The position numbers and the translations under genes were made by a program. A stretch of 64,000 bases of DNA from an uncultured virus (IMG/VR IMGVR_UViG_3300030376_008664) (taxonomy: Duplodnaviria; Heunggongvirae; Uroviricota; Caudoviricetes): the IMG/VR virus record IMGVR_UViG_3300030376_008664; one strand, written 5' to 3'. Shown piece after piece: positions 1 to 8,378 of this stretch. Position 1 is the stretch's first letter. Each line of letters starts with the position of its first letter. Below the pieces are notes generated by a model. That model was not told where the DNA came from. It ran no database searches and saw only the letters and a list, made by a program, of their open reading frames with translations.

Positions 1-2
1 GT

Positions 3-3000
3 AATCTAACTATTGATCTTACTAACGGTAACGTTGGTATAGGAATTACTGACCCAGATCAAGCATTGGAAATAGGAGCAGCGGGTAAGCTTAAATTATC
101 AAGAGCAGACAACTCAAGAAGCCTTCTTTTATATACTGACAATAACTCTGCCACAGTAGAGTCTGACACCGATCCTTTGTTGCTAAAGTCAGCAGACCGT
201 ATACAGTTTGAAGCTAACGGCGCAGAAAGAATGCGTATCACCTCCGCTGGTAGCGTAATAGTAGGAACAGCAACTGTAGCGGCGGCTAATGCAGCAGCGG
301 ATAATATTTTTATTAAAGGAGAAGGCACCGCAGTAGGCTTAACAATATCAAACTCGTCAAACGCAGGAACAGGTACAATATTTTTTGGAGACGCAGCAAG
401 TTCTACTGCCGCTGGATTTAGATACAATCACAACACTGGTGATATGGCTATTTCAGCAGAAGATAATGTAACTTTTGCTTGCGACAACGTTGGTATAGGA
501 ACAACTAGTCCTTCTTATCCATTAGAAGTAGCTAATGCAGCTAGTGTATCAATAGCTTACCTACGAACAGGAGCTTCTGCAAAAAAATGGGGCTTCCATT
601 CAGATAATGCAAATACCTATTGGCAAAATTTAACTGATAATATATTAGCTTTAACTGTATCCAATGCTGGTAACGTTGGTATCGGAGCAATTTATCCAGC
701 TACAAAACTTCATCTAGCTGAAACTACAGATGTTTACCTTACTTTAGAATCAACGTCTACAGGCACTCCAGAAGAAGTTGCTGTTAAATATAACAACTAC
801 TCGACAGGCTCTAACTACTGGTGGCAAGGCTTAAATCAGTCTGCAAACTGGTCGCTAGGTTATGGAACGTCTTTTGGAGGTGAGACTACAAAATTATTTG
901 TAAATACTGACGGTAACGTTGGTATAGGAACAACGAGTCCAAGTGCAAAGTTGGACGTAGTTGGAAGCATAAAAGTTGGTAACGCTGGAACTTCAAGATT
1001 CACAGATACAGGGGCTTATCCTTTACAATTAAATAGAGGTTTAGCGGTTGATTCAGTAGGAGCAGCAGGAGTCATATTAGGGTTAGGAGCTTACTCAACA
1101 GGTACTACTTATGTGGACGCAGTTAGAGTGGTGGGGGTTTTAGAAGCTAACGGGACTGATGGAGACTTACAGTTGCAGGTATTGAATTCAGGAAGTTATG
1201 TATCTGCTTTAACGTTAAACAATGATAATAACGCAACCTTTGCAGGTAACGTAACTGTTGGTGGAGGTCAAATATTGACCCCCTCTGGAACGAATCTCGC
1301 ATTGAATCCTAATACAGGAACGGTCTCTGTTGGAGGAAGTCTGCAATGCACAGGAAACGTAATCTTACCTGATGCTAATCCTAGTAATAGCGTAGGGACA
1401 TTAAAGTTGGGGGCAGGATTAGATCTAGCAATCTACCATGACGGTTTTAATAGTTATATAAATAACGCTACTGGAGATTTATATATACAACAAAACGCTA
1501 ATGATAAAGATTTAGTATTTAAAAGCGATGACGGTTCTGGTGGTGTAGCAGAATACTTTAGGTTAGATGGTAGTGTAGCAGATGGGTCTAATGTACTTAC
1601 GAGATTCCCTGATCAATCTATTTTAGGATTCGGTTCAGGTAATGGGTTCCAAGATGGAATGCAGATATACCATAACGGTTCTCATAGTTTTATTAACAAT
1701 TACGTAGGTAATTTAGAAATAATTAATCATACTAATGATGGTGATATTAGCTTTAAATCAGATGATGGTTCTGGTGGAGGTGCAGAATACCTTCGATTGG
1801 ATGGAGGTACTACTACTATTCAAGCTTACAAAGATCTCTTAATAGCTAATGACACAGCCAAGCTCAAACTTGGTGCAAGTCAAGATCTCCAAATCTTCCA
1901 TAATGGTACACATAGTTATGTTGATAGTAATAATACAGGCGATCTGTATCTTAGGTCTTTAAATGACGATATTGTTATACAAGCAGCAGACGATGTATTT
2001 ATATACACCGAAGGTGGTGAAGATGCTATAATCGCAAGGGGTAATGGGGGCGTAGAACTTTACTTCGACAATTCCAAGAGGCTGCAAACACAAACTTGGG
2101 GTGTGTCCCTAACGGGCAGCACAGTCTCATCTGGTAATGTCTACTCTGGCGGCACTGCTGGATTTGTTTTTGGATCATCAACTACTGAAGGCGAATACAT
2201 TTATAGGAATGGCAACGACATCACGGTCTTCGCAGGTGGGGCTGATAGACTAACGGTTGACGGGGATGCAGGTAACGTAGGCATAGGAACAACTAATCCA
2301 TCGCAGAAATTAGATGTAAACGGAGCCGCGAGATTCGGGGCAGCAACTACCCGTCTTACAACATATTCTGATTCTACGTATGCAGGTATATATAATGGTA
2401 GCTCTTTGACTTCTGATGAATCCATCTATATGGGGGGAGGTAATATATTCTTCATCGCGAATAATGCAGAAAGAATGCGTATTGATTCTTCTGGTAACGT
2501 TGGTATAGGAACAAACAGTTCACTAGGATTGCTGATGCTTCGGAAAGATCAAACAGCCCCCACTAGACTAATTATATCAAATGGAGGCACTATTAATGCC
2601 AGCACATCTGCCCGATTATCTTTTTACGAAGGGATTGCTGAAAAGAATTACATAGAAAGAAGAAGAGATGGTTCTGGTGATTTTGCTTTTGTATCACCCG
2701 CTGATGATAATCCGTTTGTATTTGAAAATGCTTCAGGTGAGTTTTTGACTCTAATCAACAGTAGAATGGGTTTAGGGACACCTAGCCCCCAGCAAATACT
2801 ACATTTAAATACTGCTGAAGCTACAATTCAATTTCAAAGCACTCATGGTAAAACAAGTTATATAAACCAAGGTGGTGGTAATTTTCATATAAAAGCTTCT
2901 CATTCTCTCGGTGTAGCGATTAACTATGGAGAGAGTAATACTGCTTTACTAAATTTATATAATAACACAACTGCTGCTGTAAGTTTAAAAGCCAATGGCT

Positions 3001-4280
3001 TTTCTTACTTCAATGGGGGCAACGTTGGTATAGGAACAACTAGTCCAAAAGGCAAATTACATGTTCTAGATGGCACTGCTGGTTCATACACTCCCGACTC
3101 TGAAGCAGACACAGTGGTTATTGAATCGTCAGTAGCAGGAGGTATATCACTTATTGGCGCAGGTAGTGGAAGCGCACAGAAACAAAAATTAGTATTTGGA
3201 ACTACAGGAGACACCACTGGCGCAGTTGTAATGCACGATCCTAATAATAGTTTCATGTCTGTTGGCACTACAGCTACTAGCAATTTCTTAAAATTCCTTA
3301 CTGGTAATGGTACAGAAGCTATGCGTTTAGCTGCTAACGGTAACGTTGGTATAGGAACAGTTAGTCCAGCTCAAAAGCTCGACGTAGGTGCTGGTCATAT
3401 AAGACTCGATGCAGGTTATTCTCTGCAATGGGATAACTCGCATGAAAGAATAGAGCAGTCGGATGCCAATTTGGAATTTTTTGTAAACAATGGACAAAAA
3501 GTGACGATATATTCTGATGGTCTAGACGTTAATGGAATCACCACCTCAAGTGGATTTAGAACTGACACTAGTAATACTGATTATAGCTTACTCACCCGAA
3601 ACAGTTCAAACAATGCGGTGGTTTATGTTCAGTCGGCTAACTCGGGTACTAATCAACCTATTGCGTTCTTCAGCTACGGCAGTACTGCTGCGGCGCAGGG
3701 ATATAAAGTATTAGTTGTGGCGAAAGATAAAACTTACTTTGATAATACTAATGTCGGTATAGGAACAAATAATCCAGCTAACAAGCTAGACGTATCTGGA
3801 GGAATAGCTATTGGAGCGAGCTATGTCGGAAACACTGCCCCATCTAACGGAGCTATTATTCAAGGTAACGTTGGTATAGGAGTAACAAGCGCTTCTTATG
3901 CACTACAAGTTGGCGGTTCTATTGTAGGTTCATCCAAGAGCTTCTTAATCAAACACCCAACAAAAGAGGGTAAACAACTGCTCCATGCGTGTATCGAAGG
4001 TCCAGAAAATGGTGTGTATTTCAGAGGAAAAAGCACCTCAAGTATACTTGAGATGCCTGATTACTGGATTGGTCTAGTCCACATTGATACAATGACTGTA
4101 GATATTACAGCGATAGGGCCGAATCAAGACCTTTATGTCGAATCAATAGCTGATGATGGAGAGGTAACGATAGGTTCAAATACAGAAGAACCTCTGAATT
4201 ACTTTTATGTAATTTACGGAGAACGTAAAGATATAGATAAGCTGGAAATAGAAATTTTAGATCCAGAATATGCTAATTAA
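3..4280 (+). CDS. Long tail fibre / receptor-binding protein, 5'-truncated by window edge
   Basis: Frame is open from position 3 (NLTIDLTNGNVGIGITDP...), so TTG at 66 is not the true start. Ten NVGIG(T..P) repeats, Gly/Ser/Thr/Asn-rich; C-terminal KSFLIKHP...CIEGPENGVYFRG domain of the kind seen on aquatic phage fibres. Confidence 0.85.
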   Translation, partial: NLTIDLTNGNVGIGITDPDQALEIGAAGKLKLSRADNSRSLLLYTDNNSATVESDTDPLLLKSADRIQFEANGAERMRITSAGSVIVGTATVAAANAAADNIFIKGEGTAVGLTISNSSNAGTGTIFFGDAASSTAAGFRYNHNTGDMAISAEDNVTFACDNVGIGTTSPSYPLEVANAASVSIAYLRTGASAKKWGFHSDNANTYWQNLTDNILALTVSNAGNVGIGAIYPATKLHLAETTDVYLTLESTSTGTPEEVAVKYNNYSTGSNYWWQGLNQSANWSLGYGTSFGGETTKLFVNTDGNVGIGTTSPSAKLDVVGSIKVGNAGTSRFTDTGAYPLQLNRGLAVDSVGAAGVILGLGAYSTGTTYVDAVRVVGVLEANGTDGDLQLQVLNSGSYVSALTLNNDNNATFAGNVTVGGGQILTPSGTNLALNPNTGTVSVGGSLQCTGNVILPDANPSNSVGTLKLGAGLDLAIYHDGFNSYINNATGDLYIQQNANDKDLVFKSDDGSGGVAEYFRLDGSVADGSNVLTRFPDQSILGFGSGNGFQDGMQIYHNGSHSFINNYVGNLEIINHTNDGDISFKSDDGSGGGAEYLRLDGGTTTIQAYKDLLIANDTAKLKLGASQDLQIFHNGTHSYVDSNNTGDLYLRSLNDDIVIQAADDVFIYTEGGEDAIIARGNGGVELYFDNSKRLQTQTWGVSLTGSTVSSGNVYSGGTAGFVFGSSTTEGEYIYRNGNDITVFAGGADRLTVDGDAGNVGIGTTNPSQKLDVNGAARFGAATTRLTTYSDSTYAGIYNGSSLTSDESIYMGGGNIFFIANNAERMRIDSSGNVGIGTNSSLGLLMLRKDQTAPTRLIISNGGTINASTSARLSFYEGIAEKNYIERRRDGSGDFAFVSPADDNPFVFENASGEFLTLINSRMGLGTPSPQQILHLNTAEATIQFQSTHGKTSYINQGGGNFHIKASHSLGVAINYGESNTALLNLYNNTTAAVSLKANGFSYFNGGNVGIGTTSPKGKLHVLDGTAGSYTPDSEADTVVIESSVAGGISLIGAGSGSAQKQKLVFGTTGDTTGAVVMHDPNNSFMSVGTTATSNFLKFLTGNGTEAMRLAANGNVGIGTVSPAQKLDVGAGHIRLDAGYSLQWDNSHERIEQSDANLEFFVNNGQKVTIYSDGLDVNGITTSSGFRTDTSNTDYSLLTRNSSNNAVVYVQSANSGTNQPIAFFSYGSTAAAQGYKVLVVAKDKTYFDNTNVGIGTNNPANKLDVSGGIAIGASYVGNTAPSNGAIIQGNVGIGVTSASYALQVGGSIVGSSKSFLIKHPTKEGKQLLHACIEGPENGVYFRGKSTSSILEMPDYWIGLVHIDTMTVDITAIGPNQDLYVESIADDGEVTIGSNTEEPLNYFYVIYGERKDIDKLEIEILDPEYAN
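30..3881 (+). repeat. Dispersed in-frame 15-nt repeat AACGTTGGTATAGGA (NVGIG)
   Basis: Exact copies at 30, 486, 915, 2496, 3021, 3342, 3867; variants with 1-2 mismatches at 672, 2274, 3750. Confidence 0.9.
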
Positions 4281-4486
4281 TCTTTGTCTTCGACAACCTC
4301 AAAATCAGTAACCTCATCAGCCAACTCTTTTGGTTGTTCAGGGGATGCCTGTTGCAAATGAGAACCTAATTTTTTAGCGAGGACAGCTCCAGCTTCCGCT
4401 ACATTGAGACCGCCAGATTTAATAGCGATATCAATGAGTTGAATAGTGACTTTGATTTCTTCTTCGGTGAATTCAATTTTTTTCAT
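4277..4486 (-). CDS. Small hypothetical protein
   Basis: 69 aa ORF with ATG start, TAAAAT 7 nt upstream; fills gap between convergent genes. Confidence 0.7.
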   Translation of the reverse strand: MKKIEFTEEEIKVTIQLIDIAIKSGGLNVAEAGAVLAKKLGSHLQQASPEQPKELADEVTDFEVVEDKD

Positions 4487-4520
4487 ACTTTAAATTTTAT
4501 TAAAATCTATATAATAATAC

Positions 4521-5213
4521 ATGCTAAACTGTGTTTTTCTAATACCAATTGATCATAGAGGTATACAAGGCAAATTATTTCCTCAATATCTAGAATTACA
4601 GTCTTGGTGTGAGAAAAATAATGCTCAAATTTTTACTTCTAATGGTCTATTTTTAAACTTTGCTCGTAATTATTTAGCTACAGGAGGGGGTGGATTTGCA
4701 AATACATCCCCACCAGATGCAGAATGGTTGTTCTGGATCGACTCTGATGTCGAATTTACTATCGAAAAGATAGAATATATGATGAGTATACCAAAAGATA
4801 AGAAATTTGTTACTGGCTGGTATAGATCTGATTACAGTGACAACGCTATGGTAGGCAACTGGGATGAAGATTTTTTTAGAGAAAACCTGCATATGCCTTT
4901 CACTTCAGTGGATTGGCTTACAAAAACAGCAGAAGAAGAGGGAAATAAATTAGTCCAAGTAGATTGGTGTGGCTTTGGATTTACCAAAGTCCATAGATCT
5001 ATTTATGAACAAATGGAATATCCTTATTACCCTTTAAGGGACGCTTTTATTGAAAAATGTAACAATCCCACCAAAAAAGGAGAGAAGTTCGATGTCAAAG
5101 ATCTTAGCTTCGAAGATGTCAGTTTTTGTCGTAACTGCTATGAGGAAACAAAAATTAAGCCTTTAGTTGTCCCAAAAATGCGAGTAGGTCACTTAAAGTC
5201 ATTTTTAGTGTAA
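4521..5213 (+). CDS. GT-A fold (GT2-like) glycosyltransferase
   Basis: ARN motif, WLFWIDSD (DxD), CGFGF, SFEDVSFC, C-terminal VGH. Confidence 0.75.
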   Translation: MLNCVFLIPIDHRGIQGKLFPQYLELQSWCEKNNAQIFTSNGLFLNFARNYLATGGGGFANTSPPDAEWLFWIDSDVEFTIEKIEYMMSIPKDKKFVTGWYRSDYSDNAMVGNWDEDFFRENLHMPFTSVDWLTKTAEEEGNKLVQVDWCGFGFTKVHRSIYEQMEYPYYPLRDAFIEKCNNPTKKGEKFDVKDLSFEDVSFCRNCYEETKIKPLVVPKMRVGHLKSFLV

Positions 5214-5252
5214 TAAAAAATAGATAAATTAAAATTAAACGATATTATTAAT

Positions 5253-5669
5253 ATGCCAACTGACGATACACCAATTGAAGATTTCGGAGCGGGAGACCCT
5301 ATCCCAAGAGACGAGCCTTTTGTAGTTCCAGCCCGACCAGAAGAAACATTTGATTCTGTATGGCTACGTAGTATTAATATTTACGCACCAAACACCTCTA
5401 CAGAAGATCCAAATGGAGGAAGTCTTAATGTAGAAATGCTGCCTTATGACGGATCTAATGAAAAAGTTCTCGTAACTGCCGATAACGAGGGAGTCGAATA
5501 TATTAATGTTCCTAGCCGTGTGAACGGAAGAAAACCTTTTTGGCAGTGTGTGGATGAAGTCCCAGAAGTTAAAGCAGCTATGGATGCTATCATCGCAGCT
5601 ATTCCAGCTTTAAGAACTTGGGCTGATACTCCTCCACCACCGCCTCCGACTGGACAACCTCCAGTCTAA
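5253..5669 (+). CDS. Hypothetical acidic protein with Pro-rich C-terminus
   Basis: 138 aa ORF; GTGTAA motif upstream at 5208-5213. Confidence 0.7.
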   Translation: MPTDDTPIEDFGAGDPIPRDEPFVVPARPEETFDSVWLRSINIYAPNTSTEDPNGGSLNVEMLPYDGSNEKVLVTADNEGVEYINVPSRVNGRKPFWQCVDEVPEVKAAMDAIIAAIPALRTWADTPPPPPPTGQPPV

Positions 5670-5675
5670 TTATAT

Positions 5676-5909
5676 TTACTCTCCTACAGAGTAAATATGG
5701 AAATGAGGGGTATTACCTTCTTGGTAATCGTTTTTAAAGATTAGGCATGGGATTTTTTTCCCATCTATGACTATTTCTCCCGAGAGATACTGTCTACCGT
5801 TGTCCTTATTCTTTATCCAAAACGACCCCACTTTGTTCTGCGTCCAAGCTGACTTTTCCGATTTCGTTGAATGTCGTTTCGAGGAGGTCGAGGAAATCTC
5901 TTTTTGCAT
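5676..5909 (-). CDS. DUF736-like small beta protein (putative ssDNA binding)
   Basis: VGSFW...G.QYLSGEI...LIFKN....P.FHIY pattern. Confidence 0.55.
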   Translation of the reverse strand: MQKEISSTSSKRHSTKSEKSAWTQNKVGSFWIKNKDNGRQYLSGEIVIDGKKIPCLIFKNDYQEGNTPHFHIYSVGE

Positions 5910-6018
5910 GATGTGGTAATTGGGTATATTGTTTCTTCAATCGACGATATACCCTTTTTGAAACTGCGTCAACAGGATTACTGATTTTTCTAAGTCTTTT
6001 AGCAACTCTTTGGTTCAT
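5806..6018 (-). CDS. Small basic hypothetical protein
   Basis: 70 aa; ATGA start/stop coupling with upstream gene at 6015-6018. Confidence 0.6.
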   Translation of the reverse strand: MNQRVAKRLRKISNPVDAVSKRVYRRLKKQYTQLPHHAKRDFLDLLETTFNEIGKVSLDAEQSGVVLDKE

Positions 6019-6473
6019 AATTTAGCGATGTATGTTTCGGAATCTTTAATAAATCCCATTTTTTCGTAGAATTTAGCCACTTTACGAGATTTAGGATGAG
6101 CTTCTACGCAACTCATCATAACGTATTTGAATTCTTTTTTTCTAGCGAACTTCATAGCTGTTCCCAAAAGTTTTTGACCGACTCTTGGGTTTTTAGAAAG
6201 CCAAATGTATTCCGCAAAAATTTCTTCTCCAAATTTCTCGTTTTTATTATTCAAAAATGCAATTACAGCATCGAATTTTCCTTCGCTATTACAATTAGCC
6301 CAAACAAAGAAATCCCAAGCTAAAATAGATTTATCACCAAAAGCATTGAATATATACTCTTTATTGTGTTTTAGTAGAGCATGACCCTGATTTTCATTCT
6401 CCATATCAAATAGAGGAAAAATGTCATCCAAAAGAGTTTTGAATTCTTTAGGGTCTAGTATCCTCTTTATCAT
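6015..6473 (-). CDS. GNAT-fold acetyltransferase-like protein
   Basis: VGQKLL..AMKFA (motif A-like), KFYEKMGF (motif B). Confidence 0.65.
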   Translation of the reverse strand: MIKRILDPKEFKTLLDDIFPLFDMENENQGHALLKHNKEYIFNAFGDKSILAWDFFVWANCNSEGKFDAVIAFLNNKNEKFGEEIFAEYIWLSKNPRVGQKLLGTAMKFARKKEFKYVMMSCVEAHPKSRKVAKFYEKMGFIKDSETYIAKL

Positions 6474-7249
6474 TTATTCAAAGCGACGATAAGCTTTCTG
6501 GCTTCTTTGGCTGGGATATCAGAGAAAGAACTCCATGTTTTAGCTTCTTCGTTTCTATATTTTTCACTCTTCCATAAGTCGCGCAGAACATCTTTGCATG
6601 ACTCAAATGAATCTACTCCATGCTTTTCTCTTAGCGTCTTCATAAGAAGCTCCACAGGAGTGACAGGGGTAGCTATGGCATCTGCCTCGACTGCTTGACC
6701 TGCTCCTTGTGACTTATCAATCTCATCTGCTCCGACAATGTGAATATTGAGATAATTACGGACACAACGAACAAAAGCTCGATTACAAGCAATAGTTTCT
6801 AGAAACTTAGCACAAAAAGCGTCTGTATTTGCTAGGGTTGCATTAGCAACGTCAGAGTAAGAGACTCCACAAGCTGATGATTCGTAATTGTTAATCCACT
6901 GTATAGTGCATTTAGCAGTGACATATCCTTCTGCGATATTCTCTGTTTTAAAGGCTACCTTGTAGTATCCACGCATCTTGGCAAGTTCCTTAATACCTCC
7001 AAGCATAATTAGGAGTTGCTTATCATCTAAGCCCTCTGTCGATGTGGGTAATGGCTTATTTCGCGCATCGAACCAACCTTTGTTGGGATACAAGAACTCT
7101 GGCTTAATCATCGCCCTCCAATCAACAGATCCATCCTCGTTGAATACATAATCCACATTCTCTAATAAACCATGCTCGTTGCGTTGATACGCATCTGGTC
7201 CATAGAATTTCTTTGCTGTTTTCTTTTTTGCTGTTTTAGTCGCGCTCAT
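6470..7249 (-). CDS. Rad52/Sak-like single-strand annealing protein (putative)
   Basis: TAKCTI...YSDVANA...LETIACNRAFVRCVRNYLNI resembles the A-x-T-R-A-x-x-R-A helix of Rad52-type SSAPs; likely start MSATK at 7249. Confidence 0.5.
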   Translation of the reverse strand: MSATKTAKKKTAKKFYGPDAYQRNEHGLLENVDYVFNEDGSVDWRAMIKPEFLYPNKGWFDARNKPLPTSTEGLDDKQLLIMLGGIKELAKMRGYYKVAFKTENIAEGYVTAKCTIQWINNYESSACGVSYSDVANATLANTDAFCAKFLETIACNRAFVRCVRNYLNIHIVGADEIDKSQGAGQAVEADAIATPVTPVELLMKTLREKHGVDSFESCKDVLRDLWKSEKYRNEEAKTWSSFSDIPAKEARKLIVALNK

Positions 7250-8378
7250 AAATATAAAAATGGTCTGATTCTCTCCAATATTCAGGAGTATCAAGCACTT
7301 TATTATTGCTGTCAAGACCTTTTTTCCAGTGAGCGTAACTTAAATATTCTTTACCCCCCTCGATAAGTCTCAAGGAAGACATGAATCTAGAATCCTCACC
7401 AAGCTCACAAGGAGCTTTTTTGTCATTGTAGTAAGGTATCACAGGAATATCGAAATATTTATTCCTTATACTGCTTAATTCGTCTTCTTTTTTGACTATT
7501 ATAGACAAGTCGATATCCATGTTTTTTAGTATTTCGAAGTAGTTTTCTGGAATAGAATCCCAAGTCTCATCTAAAAATAAATAAAATTTATTTACATTTT
7601 TTGCTATTTTTTGCAGTCCATGAGGTTGGATTAAACTGTTTGCAAAAATAGTGACAGGGTATGAAGAGCAATACTTCATAAAACAATCCTCATCGAAAGC
7701 ATAATCAGCGCGAATCGTTAATTCTTGCCCAGATTTTAACTTTAAAGGAGCAAAAGAAGTAGGAATCACTTCTACAACAGGATTTTGGAATGATGAACCT
7801 ACATATTTAGTCTTAAATCTAATGTCTTCTTTTTCTATTTCAAGAAAATCTAAAACAGATTGAGCAACAACTTCAGGTTTTATACTGTCGATTTGTTTTT
7901 TAGGATCTTCAATACTAAAACATGGTTTTTTATCCCATTTAGGCTCTAATGCCACATTTATTGACTCATCAGAAAAAGCAGGTTTTGCACTAGCAGCGAA
8001 AACATTACCAAATAAAGTGACTGTAGGTAATTTTTTAGAGCTAGATAGCTGGGCTAAAGCGCTATCGCAACCCAAATGAACTAAAGATTTAGACAAAATA
8101 AAAGACTGCTGTTTAAACGAAATATTCAAAGCAGCATCTACCCCTTCTATTTTTTTAGAACCTCCTAACTGCACAACTTTAATTTTTGCGCGTTCTAAAA
8201 AAGGTTTTAACAGACTGACTACTATATCGTAGTGAGAATAAGTTTTTGAAGAAACATTAGAAGCTTGATGGATAGTGATATACTTATCAAAACAAATGGG
8301 AAAGTAGTGGTCTTTTACAACAGGACTACTTATTTTAACGCCTAAACTTTTCGCGTATTCTTCTATTAAATGAGCCAT
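7236..8378 (-). CDS. GT9 (heptosyltransferase-like) C-terminal domain plus unknown domain
   Basis: HLIEEY, YITIH, VVQLGG, HLGCDS, PTVTLFG motifs. Confidence 0.65.
   Translation of the reverse strand: MAHLIEEYAKSLGVKISSPVVKDHYFPICFDKYITIHQASNVSSKTYSHYDIVVSLLKPFLERAKIKVVQLGGSKKIEGVDAALNISFKQQSFILSKSLVHLGCDSALAQLSSSKKLPTVTLFGNVFAASAKPAFSDESINVALEPKWDKKPCFSIEDPKKQIDSIKPEVVAQSVLDFLEIEKEDIRFKTKYVGSSFQNPVVEVIPTSFAPLKLKSGQELTIRADYAFDEDCFMKYCSSYPVTIFANSLIQPHGLQKIAKNVNKFYLFLDETWDSIPENYFEILKNMDIDLSIIVKKEDELSSIRNKYFDIPVIPYYNDKKAPCELGEDSRFMSSLRLIEGGKEYLSYAHWKKGLDSNNKVLDTPEYWRESDHFYIYERD

Noticed and set aside
30..3881. CRISPR array or diversity-generating retroelement in the fibre repeats
   Set aside because: Repeats are in-frame coding and irregularly spaced; no reverse transcriptase or adenine-specific template/variable pair seen.
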